Assembly: GCF_006345805.1 (NCBI RefSeq)
Contig: NC_043002.1
Span: 95,542,001-95,606,000, forward strand
DNA: 64,000 bases
From: Octopus sinensis
Lineage: Eukaryota
Direction of reading: 5' to 3'
Every line of letters begins with the position of its first letter. The stretch's first letter is position 1. Made by a program: the position numbers and the translations under genes. Below, piece after piece: positions 11,976-25,182 of this stretch. A model generated the notes under the pieces. That model searched no databases. It was not told where the DNA came from and worked only from the letters and a program-made list of their open reading frames with translations.

Positions 11976-13088
11976 CAAAATAAGAAAATGGAGAAATACA
12001 TCCAAATCAAATATCAACTACCAGATAATACCCAATCACATACTTTATTAAACCACCACATAAGAAACCACATAAGGCCAAACATAATAATATAAGACAA
12101 AACAGTGTACATAAAGGAGTAATATGATACAATAAGTACAATATGTATAAGAGAATATAAATATAAATAATATAAATATAAACTACATCTTACAGCTGTT
12201 TCGGCCATGCAGATAAGTATGTCTCATGTTACTCACATTAGCCATGTGTGGTAGGTCAATATGTAGTTATAAATGAGACATTTACAAAAATATCCTAAGG
12301 CCTCTTCGGAGATTATGAAATACAAACCAGATTACATATACACTTACATAAGTGTGGGTACATACCCATAATAAATCATATACATACACATATGAGTGCA
12401 TATACTCATACTCCTATACATATACATATACACATACATGATAATATAAATAATATAAATCAATAAACATACATATGTTCCATATTCAATGTTACAGTTT
12501 TTCAACTTAATATTGTGATATTACAATGTAGAAAACATACACATATTAATACCCAAATGCAGATATACAGAGTCAAGAGTACATTATATTATTTTATATT
12601 AATTTACAAAATGTCCTTAATGTTAACATCATTACCATTATCATTACCACTAATGCTACCAATATCATTATTCTTATTATTAATAACTCCAATACTAGCA
12701 AAACAATATATAGATCCCATTATTAGCGATATAATAGCGAAACTAAGGACCACAATAGTACTTCAGTACCATGCAAAACATTAAATATCTGTATATACAT
12801 ACAAAGTAAGAAATAAAAGCATTCGGTTTACATGATGTTAAGATCCACTGGTGCATAGATGTACAAACGAGTGCAAATTTATAATTTCAATTGTGACACA
12901 AATACAGTATTACGTTCAGAAATAGTTACGAATCTAGCGCTAAAATATGATTGGCTTGTACATTTAAATTTAAATTACAATTGTCTTCTTTACGGTTGGT
13001 TTGTTGAGAAACATCCACACACGTACACTTGCAAACGTGCGCCCACACTCACATACACAGACAAATCACAACATAAGAGATACCAGTC

Positions 13089-13119
<31 letters not shown>

Positions 13120-14148
13120 TTACATACAGATCTACTCACATATATCCATAAAAATGCGTACATGCAAGCACACAGACAACAATACCTAGTCGAAGTACGT
13201 TATTATCATAAGATACATAATTAAAATAACACCGTATATTTCGTAAACAAAGTATCTTGCCACTGAAACTTCTATATCGTTACATTTCTACTAAACCAGC
13301 ACAGGCGTGGGAAAACTATACACACACACACACACACACGCACATCCGCACATATCCATAAACATTTATACACTCTCATGCACTGTGTCTGCAAACATTC
13401 GCATATACATATATACATATTTAAATATGTATTTGCGTACTCATACGTACAAGAAAAACATATACATATATATCCACCCATGAATATGCATATACATACA
13501 AAAACATACATACACATACATATACATATGAACACATTTCGACATATCCACATATATTTACTAAATTACAAAATATAAGTCTGCCCATCAAAGGACGTAT
13601 AAATAAACCAGGACAGGTATGGGAAAACTATACCGACATTTACACACACACACACACACGCACGCACACGCACATCCGCACATATAAATACATATACAAT
13701 AAGTTAACAGAAATTACTATTAATTGAGATATAAGTAAATTAATTATAAATTAAATTAATTATAAATTAATAAGGAAAAAAATATATATAAATTAATAAA
13801 TAAATAAGAATGAATGAATAAATAAGTAAATAAATAAAATAAAAATATAAATAAAGATAAATAAATAAATAAATAGAAATATATATATATATGAGTGTAG
13901 ATAAACAGATAAATAAAATAAAATACAAATTAAGATAAGTACAAAGGTAAACTTAATATATAAGGCTGCCAAACAAATACATGCAAAAACTTATATGCTC
14001 TTCCAAAATAAACAACGTATACTAATTATAGACCCACATTTGTTACATATTGGTATAACAAAAACCCAAATAAAGTATGTGATTGGGTATTATCTGGTAG
14101 TTGATATTTGATTTGGCTATATTTCTCCATTTTCTTATTTTGTATTAT
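11970..14148. repeat. 80-bp inverted repeats (11970-12049 and 14069-14148) enclosing about 2 kb that includes an HHR
   Basis: ataatacaaaataagaaaatggagaaata...cacatactttatt versus its reverse complement, with about 2-3 mismatches. Confidence 0.85.
12187..12313 (-). ncRNA. Type-I hammerhead motif with a 92-nt stem II loop
   Basis: AUCU-CCGAAGA-GGCC-[92 nt]-GGCC-GAA-ACAGCUGU-A-AGAU: palindromic stem III, GUA triplet, core U4 is C. Confidence 0.65.
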
Positions 14149-14332
14149 GAATTTGTGGTAAAACATTTTACCTTTGCTCATATAATACAATAAATGAATT
14201 AATTGCATCGCAATTCTTAACATTTATGTATTAACTCTGTTGGATACTTGGATATATGTTATATATTGGATATATGTTATCCCATGGAGGGTTGCATTTA
14301 CAACCCCTATCTCAATTTGTATATATATATAT

Positions 14333-14512
14333 ATATTATTAGTGAATTGAAGAAATGGAGTTGAACGAAGATTGAACAGAATTCCTTTTATTGCATTCTA
14401 CACATGTTTCAGAATTTGGAAAATTGTGGCTTTTGAAACATGTGTAGAATGCAATAAAAGGAATTCTGTTCAATCTTCGTTCAACTCCATTTCTTCAATT
14501 CACTAATAATAT
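14333..14512. repeat. Foldback inverted repeat, 79-bp arms, 22-bp spacer
   Basis: 14333-14411 is the reverse complement of 14434-14512; no mismatch found by eye. Abuts (TA)n. Confidence 0.92.
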
Positions 14513-14661
14513 TAAAATTCAATTATCCGCACCAACGCACGGTTGCAACACCAAAAGGTTTTATCTCCAAACGTGCTTTCTTCTGCTGTGATTTTTGCTA
14601 CCAAGGTATCGGTTAAACTTTTGATTAATCTGCAACAAGATTATTCATCTTTCTATTTTAC

Positions 14662-14721
<60 letters not shown>

Positions 14722-14879
14722 CATACATCAAAGAAGCCATGGGAATCGACCCCTTGTAAATTATGAACCAGCAATTGTCAACAGAACTTGTGCAACCTGA
14801 AAGGCGGTGAGCTGGCAGAATCGTTAGCATGTATGTATGTATGTATGTATGTATGTATGTATGTATGTATGTATGTACA

Positions 14880-15036
14880 GGCGCGAGCATGGCTTTGCAG
14901 TAAGAAACTTGCTTCCCAACCACATGGTTCGGGGTTCAGTCTCGCTGCGTGGCACCTTGGGCAAGTGTCTTCTACTATAACTTCGATTCAACCAAAGCCT
15001 TGTGAGTGGATTTGGCAAACGGAAAGAAGTCCGTCA

Positions 15037-15068
<32 letters not shown>

Positions 15069-15235
15069 TTTGTCCCCCACCATCACGTGACCACCGATGT
15101 TGGTGTGTTTACGTTGCCGTAACTTAGCGGTTCAGCAAAGAGCCCGATAGGATAAGTACCAGGTTTACAAAGGTTTATAAGTTCAGGTGGTGCTCCAGCA
15201 TGGCCACAGTCAAAGTGACTGAAAGAATAAAAAAA
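14880..15235 (+). mobile_element. tRNA-derived SINE family A, full length
   Basis: Head gcatggctttgcagtaagaaacttgcttcccaaccacatggttcggggttcagtc; tail ggtggtgctccagcatggccacagtcaaagtgactgaaa. Confidence 0.88.
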
Positions 15236-15262
15236 TATTTATAGATAGATAGATAGATAGAT

Positions 15263-15294
<32 letters not shown>

Positions 15295-16146
15295 CCAGAA
15301 AGTAAAATAGATAGATAGATAGATAGATATCCTACTTCCTAATCTGAATTGTAACCATGTAAGAAATCGTTTTTAAATTAAGTATTAAATTGGATTATAA
15401 CACACACCAAATTAAGAACAAACTAAATATAAATGTAGATAAATTTCCATTATTTCATCCATTCCAGGTGGGTAATAATTGTCTCTTGAACTTCACGCCT
15501 ATTTCAGATTTTCAACACGGAAATTTAATGGTTTCTTTCGAGTAACTGTCATTTCATCTAAGTCTTTAACCAACGGCAAAATGACTTATACGGTAGAAAT
15601 AATTTCCTGTCTTCATAGAATCTAATCTAGAATATATTTATTTATTTATTTACCCATTTATTTATTTAATTATTTGTGCTTTTAATTTCAAGTGCTACTG
15701 GCAGAAGTATCAACGTGCTACGACAAGTAGTGAGATGAGATTCTGATCAGAAAGGTAATAAACACTATTCTAGTATACATGTTTGACAAGAATTTTAATC
15801 AGAAATCGAATATTGAAAGAGATATTGTTATATTGAGGTTGTGTCAGGTTTATTAATTATGAAACACTTGTACTGATTATTGTTATTCTGTCATTTAATA
15901 TTTAAACGCTTGAGTATTTAGAAAACTAAATAGTTAACGCCAATATATATTAGCTGTTGGATTTGTAGAGAGAATTTTCTGCAACGCATATACATTAATT
16001 CCCATCCTAGCTTCTTGATAGACCTAGATAAGATAAACTTAGATATTTTTCGACAAAAAATTGACTCAGGCCTTCTCTACCTGAGTCATTTTAAAGATAA
16101 GTTTCGCGGTATAATGGCCCATTCATGTTGGGAGTTATTGTTAACT

Positions 16147-16924
16147 GGATCTTTTCGGTTTGAACGGCAGTTTTTAACATAATTTCTAGGTAACTAAAAA
16201 ATTTTAAACTTCGTATACTGGTAGAATGTGCTTATAAAACATCTTTTTCTCTTGGCTTTATTGAGAAAATTCTATAGTTTGTAAGATATTTGGTCTTTAA
16301 TTTCTTCAATTTCTGCAATTTCAACCAATCACTGGTGTCTATTGAGTTAAAAAGCATTCTGTGCCATATGAATATGTCCCACGTTTAAGAAACAAACTGG
16401 GTTTATTTACATTTGTGAAGAAAAAAAAGATACCCTTCTCCCCCCACCCCTACCACTAAAATTTTAAACTTCGTATACTGGTAGAATGTGTTTATAAAAC
16501 ATCTTTTGGATCTTTTCGGTTTGTACAGCAGTTTTTAACATAATTTCTAGGTAACTAAACATTTTAAAACTTCGTATACTGGTAGAAAGTGTTTATAAAA
16601 CATCTTTTTCTCTTGGCTTTATTGAGAAAATTCTATAGTTTGTAAGATATTTGGTCTTTAATTTCTTCAATTTCTGCAATTTCAACCAATCAGTGACGTC
16701 TATTGAGTTAAAAAGCATTCTGTGCCGTATGAATATGTCCCTCATTTAAGAAAGAGATTGTGTTTATTTACATTAGTGAAGAAAAAAAGATACCCTTCCC
16801 CCCACCCCTAACCCTAACCCTAAAACAGATTGAAATGCAATATATCAATGCTAGGGTCATAATTATGGGTGACAATTTCATATGACACCACTAGAAAAAA
16901 CTGCCGTTCAAACCGAAAAGATCC
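16147..16924 (+). mobile_element. MITE with GGATC-starting ~29-bp TIRs and an 8-bp TSD, internally rearranged (partial dimer)
   Basis: TIRs ggatcttttcggtttgaacggcagttttt (16147, repeated at 16508) and aaaaactgccgttcaaaccgaaaagatcc (to 16924). Flanks tgttaact/tgtaaact match at 7 of 8. Contains (CCCTAA) repeats near 16805-16822. Confidence 0.85.
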
Positions 16925-16934
16925 TGTAAACTTA

Positions 16935-17460
16935 GATCTATCCAGGTATAAGTGGCTTGTACGGCATCCTCTGAAAACACTTGTTCAGATATCGTTTGAA
17001 GGTGATAAGATCTTTTAATTCTTTGATTTGTTTAGGGATAGTTAAATAAAACAGGGGCTTGTTGCGGAAAAGGAATTGCGTTTCAGTGTATTTGTGTTGT
17101 GAACCTGAATTGTAGAGGGGGAGATATGGCACGGGGTCCCAACCTTAGATGAATTCTGAATTTGGTGTTAAGGTAGTTTGGGCAATGCTGATGGTATGTC
17201 CTCCACATTCTGCAGATGATGTAGCACTCATGGTGGCGTTTGAGAGAATTAAGTGTCAATATTTGAAGGCGGTTCTATTAATCAAGACTGATCATGTCTT
17301 GAGTGTAATTTGAAACTAGAAACCCCGCTTTTCAATTCAAGTAACTCAATCTCTGAGGTTAAGATGCTTTTTCGCATCTTTGCCCAAGAAAATTTGAACT
17401 ACTATGTTTAAATTGCTGCGTATTTTAATCTAGGAGAGTTTTTGTACAGCTTAATCATGT
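16935..17460 (-). mobile_element. Decayed CR1-like LINE C-terminal fragment
   Basis: Minus-strand relics NSLKRHHECYIICRMWR (compare YSLQRRRERYIIIYIWK) and FRNKPLFYLTIPKQIKELKDLITFKRYLNKCFQRMPYKPLIPG. Confidence 0.7.
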
Positions 17461-17481
17461 AGCAAATACAAATACAATCGT

Positions 17482-17865
17482 GGAGGCGCAATGGCCCAGT
17501 GGTTAGGGCAGCGGACTCGCGGTCACAGGATCGCGGTTTCGATTCCCAGACCGGGCGTTGTGAGTGTTTATTGAGCGAAAATACCTAAAAAGCTCCACGA
17601 GGCTCCGGCAGGGGATGGTGGTGATCCCTGCTGTACTCTTTCATCACAACTTTCTCTCACTCTTACTTCCTGTTTCTGTTGTACCTGTATTTCAAGGGGC
17701 CGGCCTTGTCACTCTCTGTGTCACGCTGAATATTCCCGAGAACTACATTAAGGGTGCACGTGTCTGTGGAGTGCTCAGCCACTTACACGTTAATTTCACG
17801 AGCAGGCTGTTCCGTTGATTCGGATCAACCGGAACACTCGTCGTCATAACCGACGGAGTGCTTCC
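17482..17865 (+). mobile_element. tRNA-derived SINE family C, full length, 12-bp TSD
   Basis: A-box tggcccagtgg, B-box ggtttcgattccc. TSD acaaatacaatc at 17468-17479 and 17871-17882. Near-identical copy at 33066-33445. Confidence 0.92.
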
Positions 17866-18444
17866 ATACCACAAATACAATCTCGGGGAGACTACCTCCC
17901 TGAAATATACATACATATATATATGTATACACGAGCAAAACGCCCCGCGTTCAATGGACGGTGCTGAGTTGTCAAACATTTAAACCAAATTTTCTCAAAA
18001 CAACTTGTCTGACCATCCCATAGCCCCTTCCTTTGAGAAACACTGATTTAACCTAAATTTGAGACACCAGCAAAAGAAGAAATAAAGAGAGACTTTTTTC
18101 TATTCCAAAGAAAAACGATTTTATTCACACAAATATGCAACCGAAGAGTTTAAAGTACCAGTAATGATAAGGCTGTTGACTGGGAGAACACAAACATGGT
18201 TTAAACAGTAAGCTTGGCAGGAAAGAAACATGCCTTTAAGCAGTACAAAAACAACAAAAAATGGAAGGTGCAGTTATGTACAGGTTGACGGAAGAAAAGC
18301 AGGACAAAAACGGCTTTATCGATCGCATTCTCACCTGGAATCGATTTTTGTAAGTTTTTCAAAACTTATACACGCTCTGATACTGTCGGTATCTACTTAT
18401 CAAATTTGAGCACAATCGGATGGAGGATGCCTGAGATCTGAGAA

Positions 18445-18489
<45 letters not shown>

Positions 18490-18589
18490 TGCACTATATC
18501 TGACCACCACAACTGCCCAAATATTCATTGCAGTAATCAAATTTTTGGCATTCAGATTGGATTTCAACACCATTTTCACCCTTATTTTA

Positions 18590-19800
18590 ATACGCTTTGC
18601 TGGCCTTGGCTTTCATTTCTCTGTGTAGAATGTCATCCAGCTCTAAAATCACAAGATATCTATACCCACTACTGTCGGGTTCACCCATGATCTCTCCTGA
18701 TGGTAACCGCGATCCTCTGCAGGATGCTTTCTCCCCTCTTTTCATATTAAGTGCTGAGCATTTGGTAATCCTAAATTCCATACCGATGTCCCTACCACAC
18801 TTCTGGACTGTTTTGGTTAAGGAATCTATCTGTTTTTCAGATTTCCCAAACAATTTCAGGTCATCCATAAACAGAAGATGGATCAATGATGAGTCTTTCT
18901 TCCCACATCGGTAACCCATCATAACTTTCCTAAGAGTCATTGTTATGGGTATTAGTGCAAATACAAATAATAACGGAGTAAATAAGTCACCTTGAAAGAT
19001 TCCCCTCTTAATATTAGCTTCTCCAAGGAATACATTACTTGAATACAATTTGGGCATTCAACAGTCCAAGAATGAGGCATCGTATCATATGCCTTCTTAA
19101 AGTCAATCCAAGCCATAAACATGTTTGTATGATATTTTTTTACAATGCTTCAAAACTGTTTTATCAATGACCAGGTGATCTTTGATGCTCTGAGAACTCT
19201 TCCTACATCCTTTTTGTTCCCTTGGTAGTATTTCTTCCTGTGCCAGGAATGTATATGTCTTTTGCTGCAATTATTCCAGTATCTCCCAGATTATGTTTAG
19301 GCATACTATGGGACAGTAGTTTCCCACAATATTCCCCCTTTCTTCTATCTTTCATTATAAGCGTTGTCCTCCCAGTCACCATCCACGCGGGGACTGTACC
19401 TTTCTGGACACACTCATTCAATTGGGCTGCTAGTCTTTCATGCACCGCATGGTATCTCTTCACCCAAAAGCCATGAATCCCATCTGGTCCGAGGGCTTTC
19501 CAGTTAGGCACTTTACCCTCTTGTTCTTTCACGTCGCGTGCTTATGACAATATTCCTTTGTTTCTTTCCTTCTTGTAATTCTGTCGTAATAGTTCCTATC
19601 CACATTGCATCCTTTTTATGCACCACATTGTCCTCCCATAAACCGTTCCAGAACTCCTTGGCTTGATTTGCATCAGGAGCAGCATTTCCCCCGTTGTCTC
19701 TTTCTAACGTTCAAAAGAATTGCTTCAGGTTATTTTTTAACAATCTGTTCTCCTCGAACTGCTTATTTCTATTCACAGATCTTCTGTTCTGGCTTTTTGT
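18590..19800 (-). mobile_element. R4/Dong-like LINE RT fragment, decayed
   Basis: KVPNWKALGPDGIHGFWVK...VPAWMVTGRTTLIMKD (19203-19532); IKRGIFQGDLFTPLLF...HLLFMDDLKLFGK...YRYLVILE (18587-19057). Confidence 0.88.
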
Positions 19801-19990
19801 CATGATCCTCTGTTTTAACTGCTCTATTACTGCATCAAACCCGCTCTTCCATATTTTATATTTCTTCTCTTTTTTTTTTCGGTCGGTCTTTTTCCCATTA
19901 TTATTATTATCATTATTACGTCGTGAACTTCTTGAGTGAAGTTCACGATTTGGTTTCTTCTTACTCCGGGGGAATAAATCTTTCGCCTTT

Positions 19991-20025
<35 letters not shown>

Positions 20026-21612
20026 GCTCCAGCATGGCCACAGTCAAATGACTGAAACAAGTAAGAGAATAAGAGAATAAAATATATATATAATACATAC
20101 ACACACACACATATATATATACATGTGTGCATACGCATGTACATACATGTATATATATGTGTATATATATTTTATGTATATGAAGGTGTCAATTTTTTTC
20201 TAAGCATAACCTCTCACAACTCCAATGTATTTATCTACCATTACATGTATACCCCTCTCTCCCTCTCTGAAAAAAAGGTGTCTCTTATTTATGACAGTAA
20301 AATTATTTATTCCATTTTATGGGCATTTTGCAGGATTATAGTCGTACACTAAATGAAACTAAAATTGTACATTAAACAGGATGGAAACGTATTCACTGTG
20401 AAGAATACTTGACTTCAAACTTAGTAGTGTTTGTTGGAATCCTACCGAGATCGAATTTACCATTCACCTTCTTGGATCAAATAGGATAGCAGCCAGTCGT
20501 GTACAAGGCTTGATATTAAAATCCATTTTTCCTTTCTTCCACAAATGTATGGCCTTGCGCCAAATTTAAGAAGCAATCAATATATTTTGTATGTTATCGG
20601 TTTCTGTTAGAAGTGAATTTATTGTCTTGTCAAACTACTCATATTTTCCTATCTCTCGTGTTCATTTAATCTTTCAGGCCACTCATGCAACAAGTAAATT
20701 CTATACTAGAAACAAATAACTTCTTAAAGCATTCAAAAACTCATATCTAGATATTTCGCCGATGCATAGAGCATAAAAATCATACTCTCCTATTAACATT
20801 GATAATTTTGTGTCATTTTCTTCTATCCTTCTTGCATTGCACGCATGTAAACACATATAACTTACATAGGATCTATATAAGAAAGTGTTTCTAGTCTTAC
20901 TCCAAAGCAATTTTGTCATTATAACTCTAGAGATCACGCACGTCAAGCAATCGAAAATTGCGATTTTGACTGAGAAGGATCATATATAATCTTTGATGTT
21001 GTTTGAACGACAGAATATCGTTTGGTTGTGTAGATTTACTAAAAATTACACAAAGCAAACTATATAATATACCATGTAAAGTACATGAATAAAATTTAAT
21101 AATTCTGTAAAAGCAACTATTTGTTGTATAGTTCTTTAAACAATTTTAGTATTATCAGTAACAACCGAGAAATTGGAATTTAGATAAAAGTGCAACTTAA
21201 CGGATTTAAGTCATACCTAGAAATAGTTATATATATAATGGATACTGTATATTCCATGGCAAACCTTTCCGCTTTAGTGTGATTTGTCAAACAATATTAT
21301 TGCTTTATTTTAATAAAGACAGCGAAAATCGTTTGTCATAAAGGAGATAAAACTGACTGAAATAGCATGACAAAGTTTGCAAACTTTCTGTTCTAATTTC
21401 GTATTTCTCTGCTAGGGTTTGGTAAATAAGTAAAGATATTTGTTTGGATTTGTATGAAATTAAAAGAAAATTCATGAAAATAACAACAATGAATAAATTT
21501 GTTGGGTTTTTTTTACCAACAGAAAAACGTATCTTTACTGACTTCGTTGATATAATGCGGCAAAAATAATAACATAATACAAGTTTTGTGAATATAGGTA
21601 AGAAAAAAGACA

Positions 21613-22226
21613 GAACTTTGCATGGAATATAACTGACCTTGATTTATGAGATCAATCAAGGCAAGTTTACATAAATGTTTGTGAAAATGTGTATAGTTAT
21701 CTTCATGTATCAAGTAAATAATGGGGTTTCAGAGTGGAAAACAGCGAGATGGGAAATAGATTTAAGTTCGTGTTTGTAAGCAACAGACTGGCCGATCATT
21801 AAAAAATGATTGTAGAAAATATTTCAATCATATAATATCTGTTCAATTAAAGAAAAATATATGTATCCTTGAGAATATTTGAATAACCAAACGTAGGCTG
21901 ATCCGATTGCTAAATCAGAAGCATGGTTATTTCGTTCAAAGGTCAGGTCATCGATTGTAGGAAACTGAAAATTAGTTGCAGATGCAACAAGAACAATGAA
22001 TTATATAAACTTATTTCTTTCTATTCCTTACATTTCAACAAAAAATAGACTTCTTCTGATCTTATTGGTAGAATAATACAACAATAGTTTCATAGCACGT
22101 GGTTTCTGAGCACAGATATGAGATAGCATAGAATTCAGCATGGAATGTAACAGATCTTTATTTACAAGATCAATCAAGGCAAAGTTTGCATAAAGGTGTC
22201 TATGAAAGGTGCAGTTAGTCTCATGT
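21613..22226 (+). repeat. Diverged ~95-bp direct repeat (21613-21708 and 22131-22226)
   Basis: gaactttgcatggaatataactgaccttgatttatgagatcaatcaaggcaagttt versus gaattcagcatggaatgtaacagatcttatttacaagatcaatcaaggcaaagttt. Confidence 0.7.
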
Positions 22227-22281
22227 TGACTAGATCATATATCACAGAGATTTACATAAATATTTTCTTAATTTACAAAGT

Positions 22282-22431
22282 CAGGGGCGAACTGAGCCAT
22301 CAGTCAATTGGGCACTGAGAGCCCAGAGCTCTGAGGGGCCCGCAATCTACATGTTAACTCAACTGACATCAATGCTAAGGGGCCTGGTAAATAGTTATGC
22401 CTGAAAGCCCTTAATGCTCAGTCCACCTCTG
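22282..22431. mobile_element. Possible short hAT-like MITE
   Basis: Imperfect 16-bp TIRs caggggcgaactgagc / gctcagtccacctctg (13 of 16 match). No TSD recovered. Confidence 0.4.
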
Positions 22432-24339
22432 TGTTATAGAGTTAATTGTCTGCAAGCAAATAAATGGCCATTAGTAAAAAACAAAACAAAAAAAAAACAG
22501 ATAATGTACATGTATTTAAACTGTTACAAATTCTTCTATTCAGAATAATTTGTAATAATGAGAGAGAAAGAGAGAGAAAGAGCAAAATAAACCAGCATAT
22601 TACGACCGCCAGTAACCACAGAGAGAGCCAGAAAAGACAACTGTTTTACTTCCGTTTAAATAGCCAAAGGTGACTCTACAGGCTATCAATTTTTGTTGGA
22701 CCAAAATCTCAGATCAGCTTAAATAAGATGTGACTATGGTGAAACAAAGCTATAGTCTGCATAAGGTCACTTCAGATTCAACTGACAAACACAAAAATAT
22801 ATTAAGTCTGCAGTATCATAGCAATTGTTCCCAAATTTAATTTATATACACTTTTAGAGTAAATAAAAATATATTAGTGCTCATTGTACATCAAGACAAA
22901 AATATTAAAAAGTAGTTGTTACATCCCTTAGACAATAGATATGAATGGTTATTCAATAAATGGAACAGTTATAAAAACGAAATTCCATTTGCATTTTTCA
23001 CATATTAATACAATTTGGCTATTTTTGCAGTGCACCCAACTATATCTCGCAGTACACAAGTTGAGAGCCTTCAGCTTAGGGTTTTATACTTGTTTCACCA
23101 TTTGTTGTACACAAGTAACTTATGTAAAATATTATCTAAAGTGGAACTTCATAAATAACTTAATAATTGTGTCTCTTGCAATTTGAGATTAAGTCAGGTT
23201 TCTGAGAAATAGAGAAAAAGAAACAAAACGGAATCGATGAAAAAGGAAAACTACATATAAACTATAATTGCCATGTTATTGTGTCATTATTATTTTCCTC
23301 TATCCACAAAATAAGTATCAATCAATTGCTGGGTGAATAAAATCAACTACAGCCTTCTCTCCCAAGATGTGTGGTTGATGTTAGAATTATTATTTCACTG
23401 TTTTGTTAAGTAATCAGTGAGTCCTCAATTGGTTTGTAACTCAATTTTTCCAGTAAGTAGGTAAAATAAAACTTATAGTCACTGGTGTAAAGGAAGAACA
23501 AAAAGATCAATTTGGCAAGAATAAAACATGTAAACAACTTACAGATTTCACTGATCTTGATATTCCTGTGGGGAAAAAATCCAATGAGAAACAAACACAA
23601 GCTTTAAAAAAAATATTGCTCACCCACAACATTCTCTTCAGATAAGGGAAGCAGCTGCACAAGTGTTGGTAGTTTAGCAACAATTAAGATGGGCTAGTAC
23701 ATATTTTCAAGAAAAAATAGCACAAGAAATGTTTTAAATTGTTTGCTCTTAATAACACACACTACTGCTTTACAGCAGCTTTGATACTACAGCAGCAAAA
23801 AAAAAAGGCATCATTAATACTTTGATAGTCAACTGGACACTGATTCATGCATGTGTACAGGTGGGCATCAGCCGATAACTGGCCATGGATGCATTCAGCT
23901 TAGAAGGAACTATATATTCACCTAAACGTTATAAATAGTAGGAAAGTTTAGATTCCATAAGAAGGATCAAAGTGTTGAGGAACGTACATGACTAGTAACA
24001 ATAGCAGAAGCATTTCTAATCTATCTTCAAACAAGTTCATCCTTGATAGAGCTGCATCATATAATAATAAAGCACTATAAAAAAAGTGGCTTCATTGAGA
24101 AAATTAGCTATATAGAACCTACCTCTATCATGCCAAGCAGATGCAAACACAAGGAAGATCACATGATTTAATTCAGGATATAGCATGAACATAGCTGCAA
24201 TTATAGATAGACTTGCTTTTTCTTTTAACTTTTTCATACATACCATAAAAATTTTAAGAGAAATACAATGAAGGTTAGTTACAGTAACCTAGGTAAAATA
24301 GAATCACAGATTTTTAACCAGAGTAAGAAAACCAGTCAG

Positions 24340-24660
24340 ACTGCATCATCCAAACTTCTTTGTAACTTCAGACATATCATCAACTGTCCTCTAAATAACA
24401 AATGTCTCAAGAAAGCATTAGTGAACAGAGCTGATGTCTCTGACACCAGTAGATCTATGAACACATGCATCAGCTTCATCAGAAACACCTTCAACATAGA
24501 CTCATTCAGAAACAGAGTAAAACTAATTCAACTTCATGGCCTTTAATTCGCCTGGAGCTTGAAGGATTGTGGCATGAGAAATCTTTCCATAAGATAGATT
24601 ATTTCAGTCAAAGCTAAAAGGTACAATGGATAGGTCAGTAGATGCAATCTATGAGAAGCT
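24340..24660 (+). mobile_element. Decayed Penelope-like GIY-YIG endonuclease fragment
   Basis: LCNFRHIINCPLNNKCLKKALVNRADV resembles the PLE CNC...CPL.G.CL...VY.A.V motif that precedes the GIY-YIG nuclease. Confidence 0.6.
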
Positions 24661-25182
24661 TAAAACATTAACTCTGGCAATGAATAGACACCCTTAAATG
24701 AAAGTGGGGAAACTATTTATCTTAGCCCGTATGAACAACAAATGCAATACAACTAATGAACACTGACCCCCAACTTTTCCAACCCTCAAAAACTTGAAAT
24801 CTGCCTTACTCCTAAACATCCCCCACCTATCCATGCCTTCATTACATTTACCTACATCCAAAATCCATCACAATAGCACATTATACCAAACCTCTACATT
24901 CCCACACACATCCAAAGAAACTAAAGCCACTGTCAACCTCATCAAGTTTACAAGCCTCACTCCTTACTCATTCATCCAACTGAATGCAGGATCTGAAAGT
25001 AGGATCAATGACGAAAACATTTCCAAAGTCACCATAATGGTAAAGTAACCCAACAAATTCGGTACTGAGAAGAGTTTTGTGCTAAAAACTATATAAACTT
25101 CACCATATCAGACTGGATCCACTTACAGTTCACACTCCACAAATGGCCATCTGAACATTTACTGAAATAAAATCAGTATAAT

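Noticed and set aside
17482-17552. SINE heads as functional tRNA genes (also 33066, 37410, 56720-56790)
   Set aside because: They have A and B boxes but no complete cloverleaf or acceptor stem, and they continue into SINE bodies with TSDs.
24790-25150. Possible LINE RT N-terminal relic; similarly 46680-46930 and 57780-57900
   Set aside because: Too degenerate to assign by eye.
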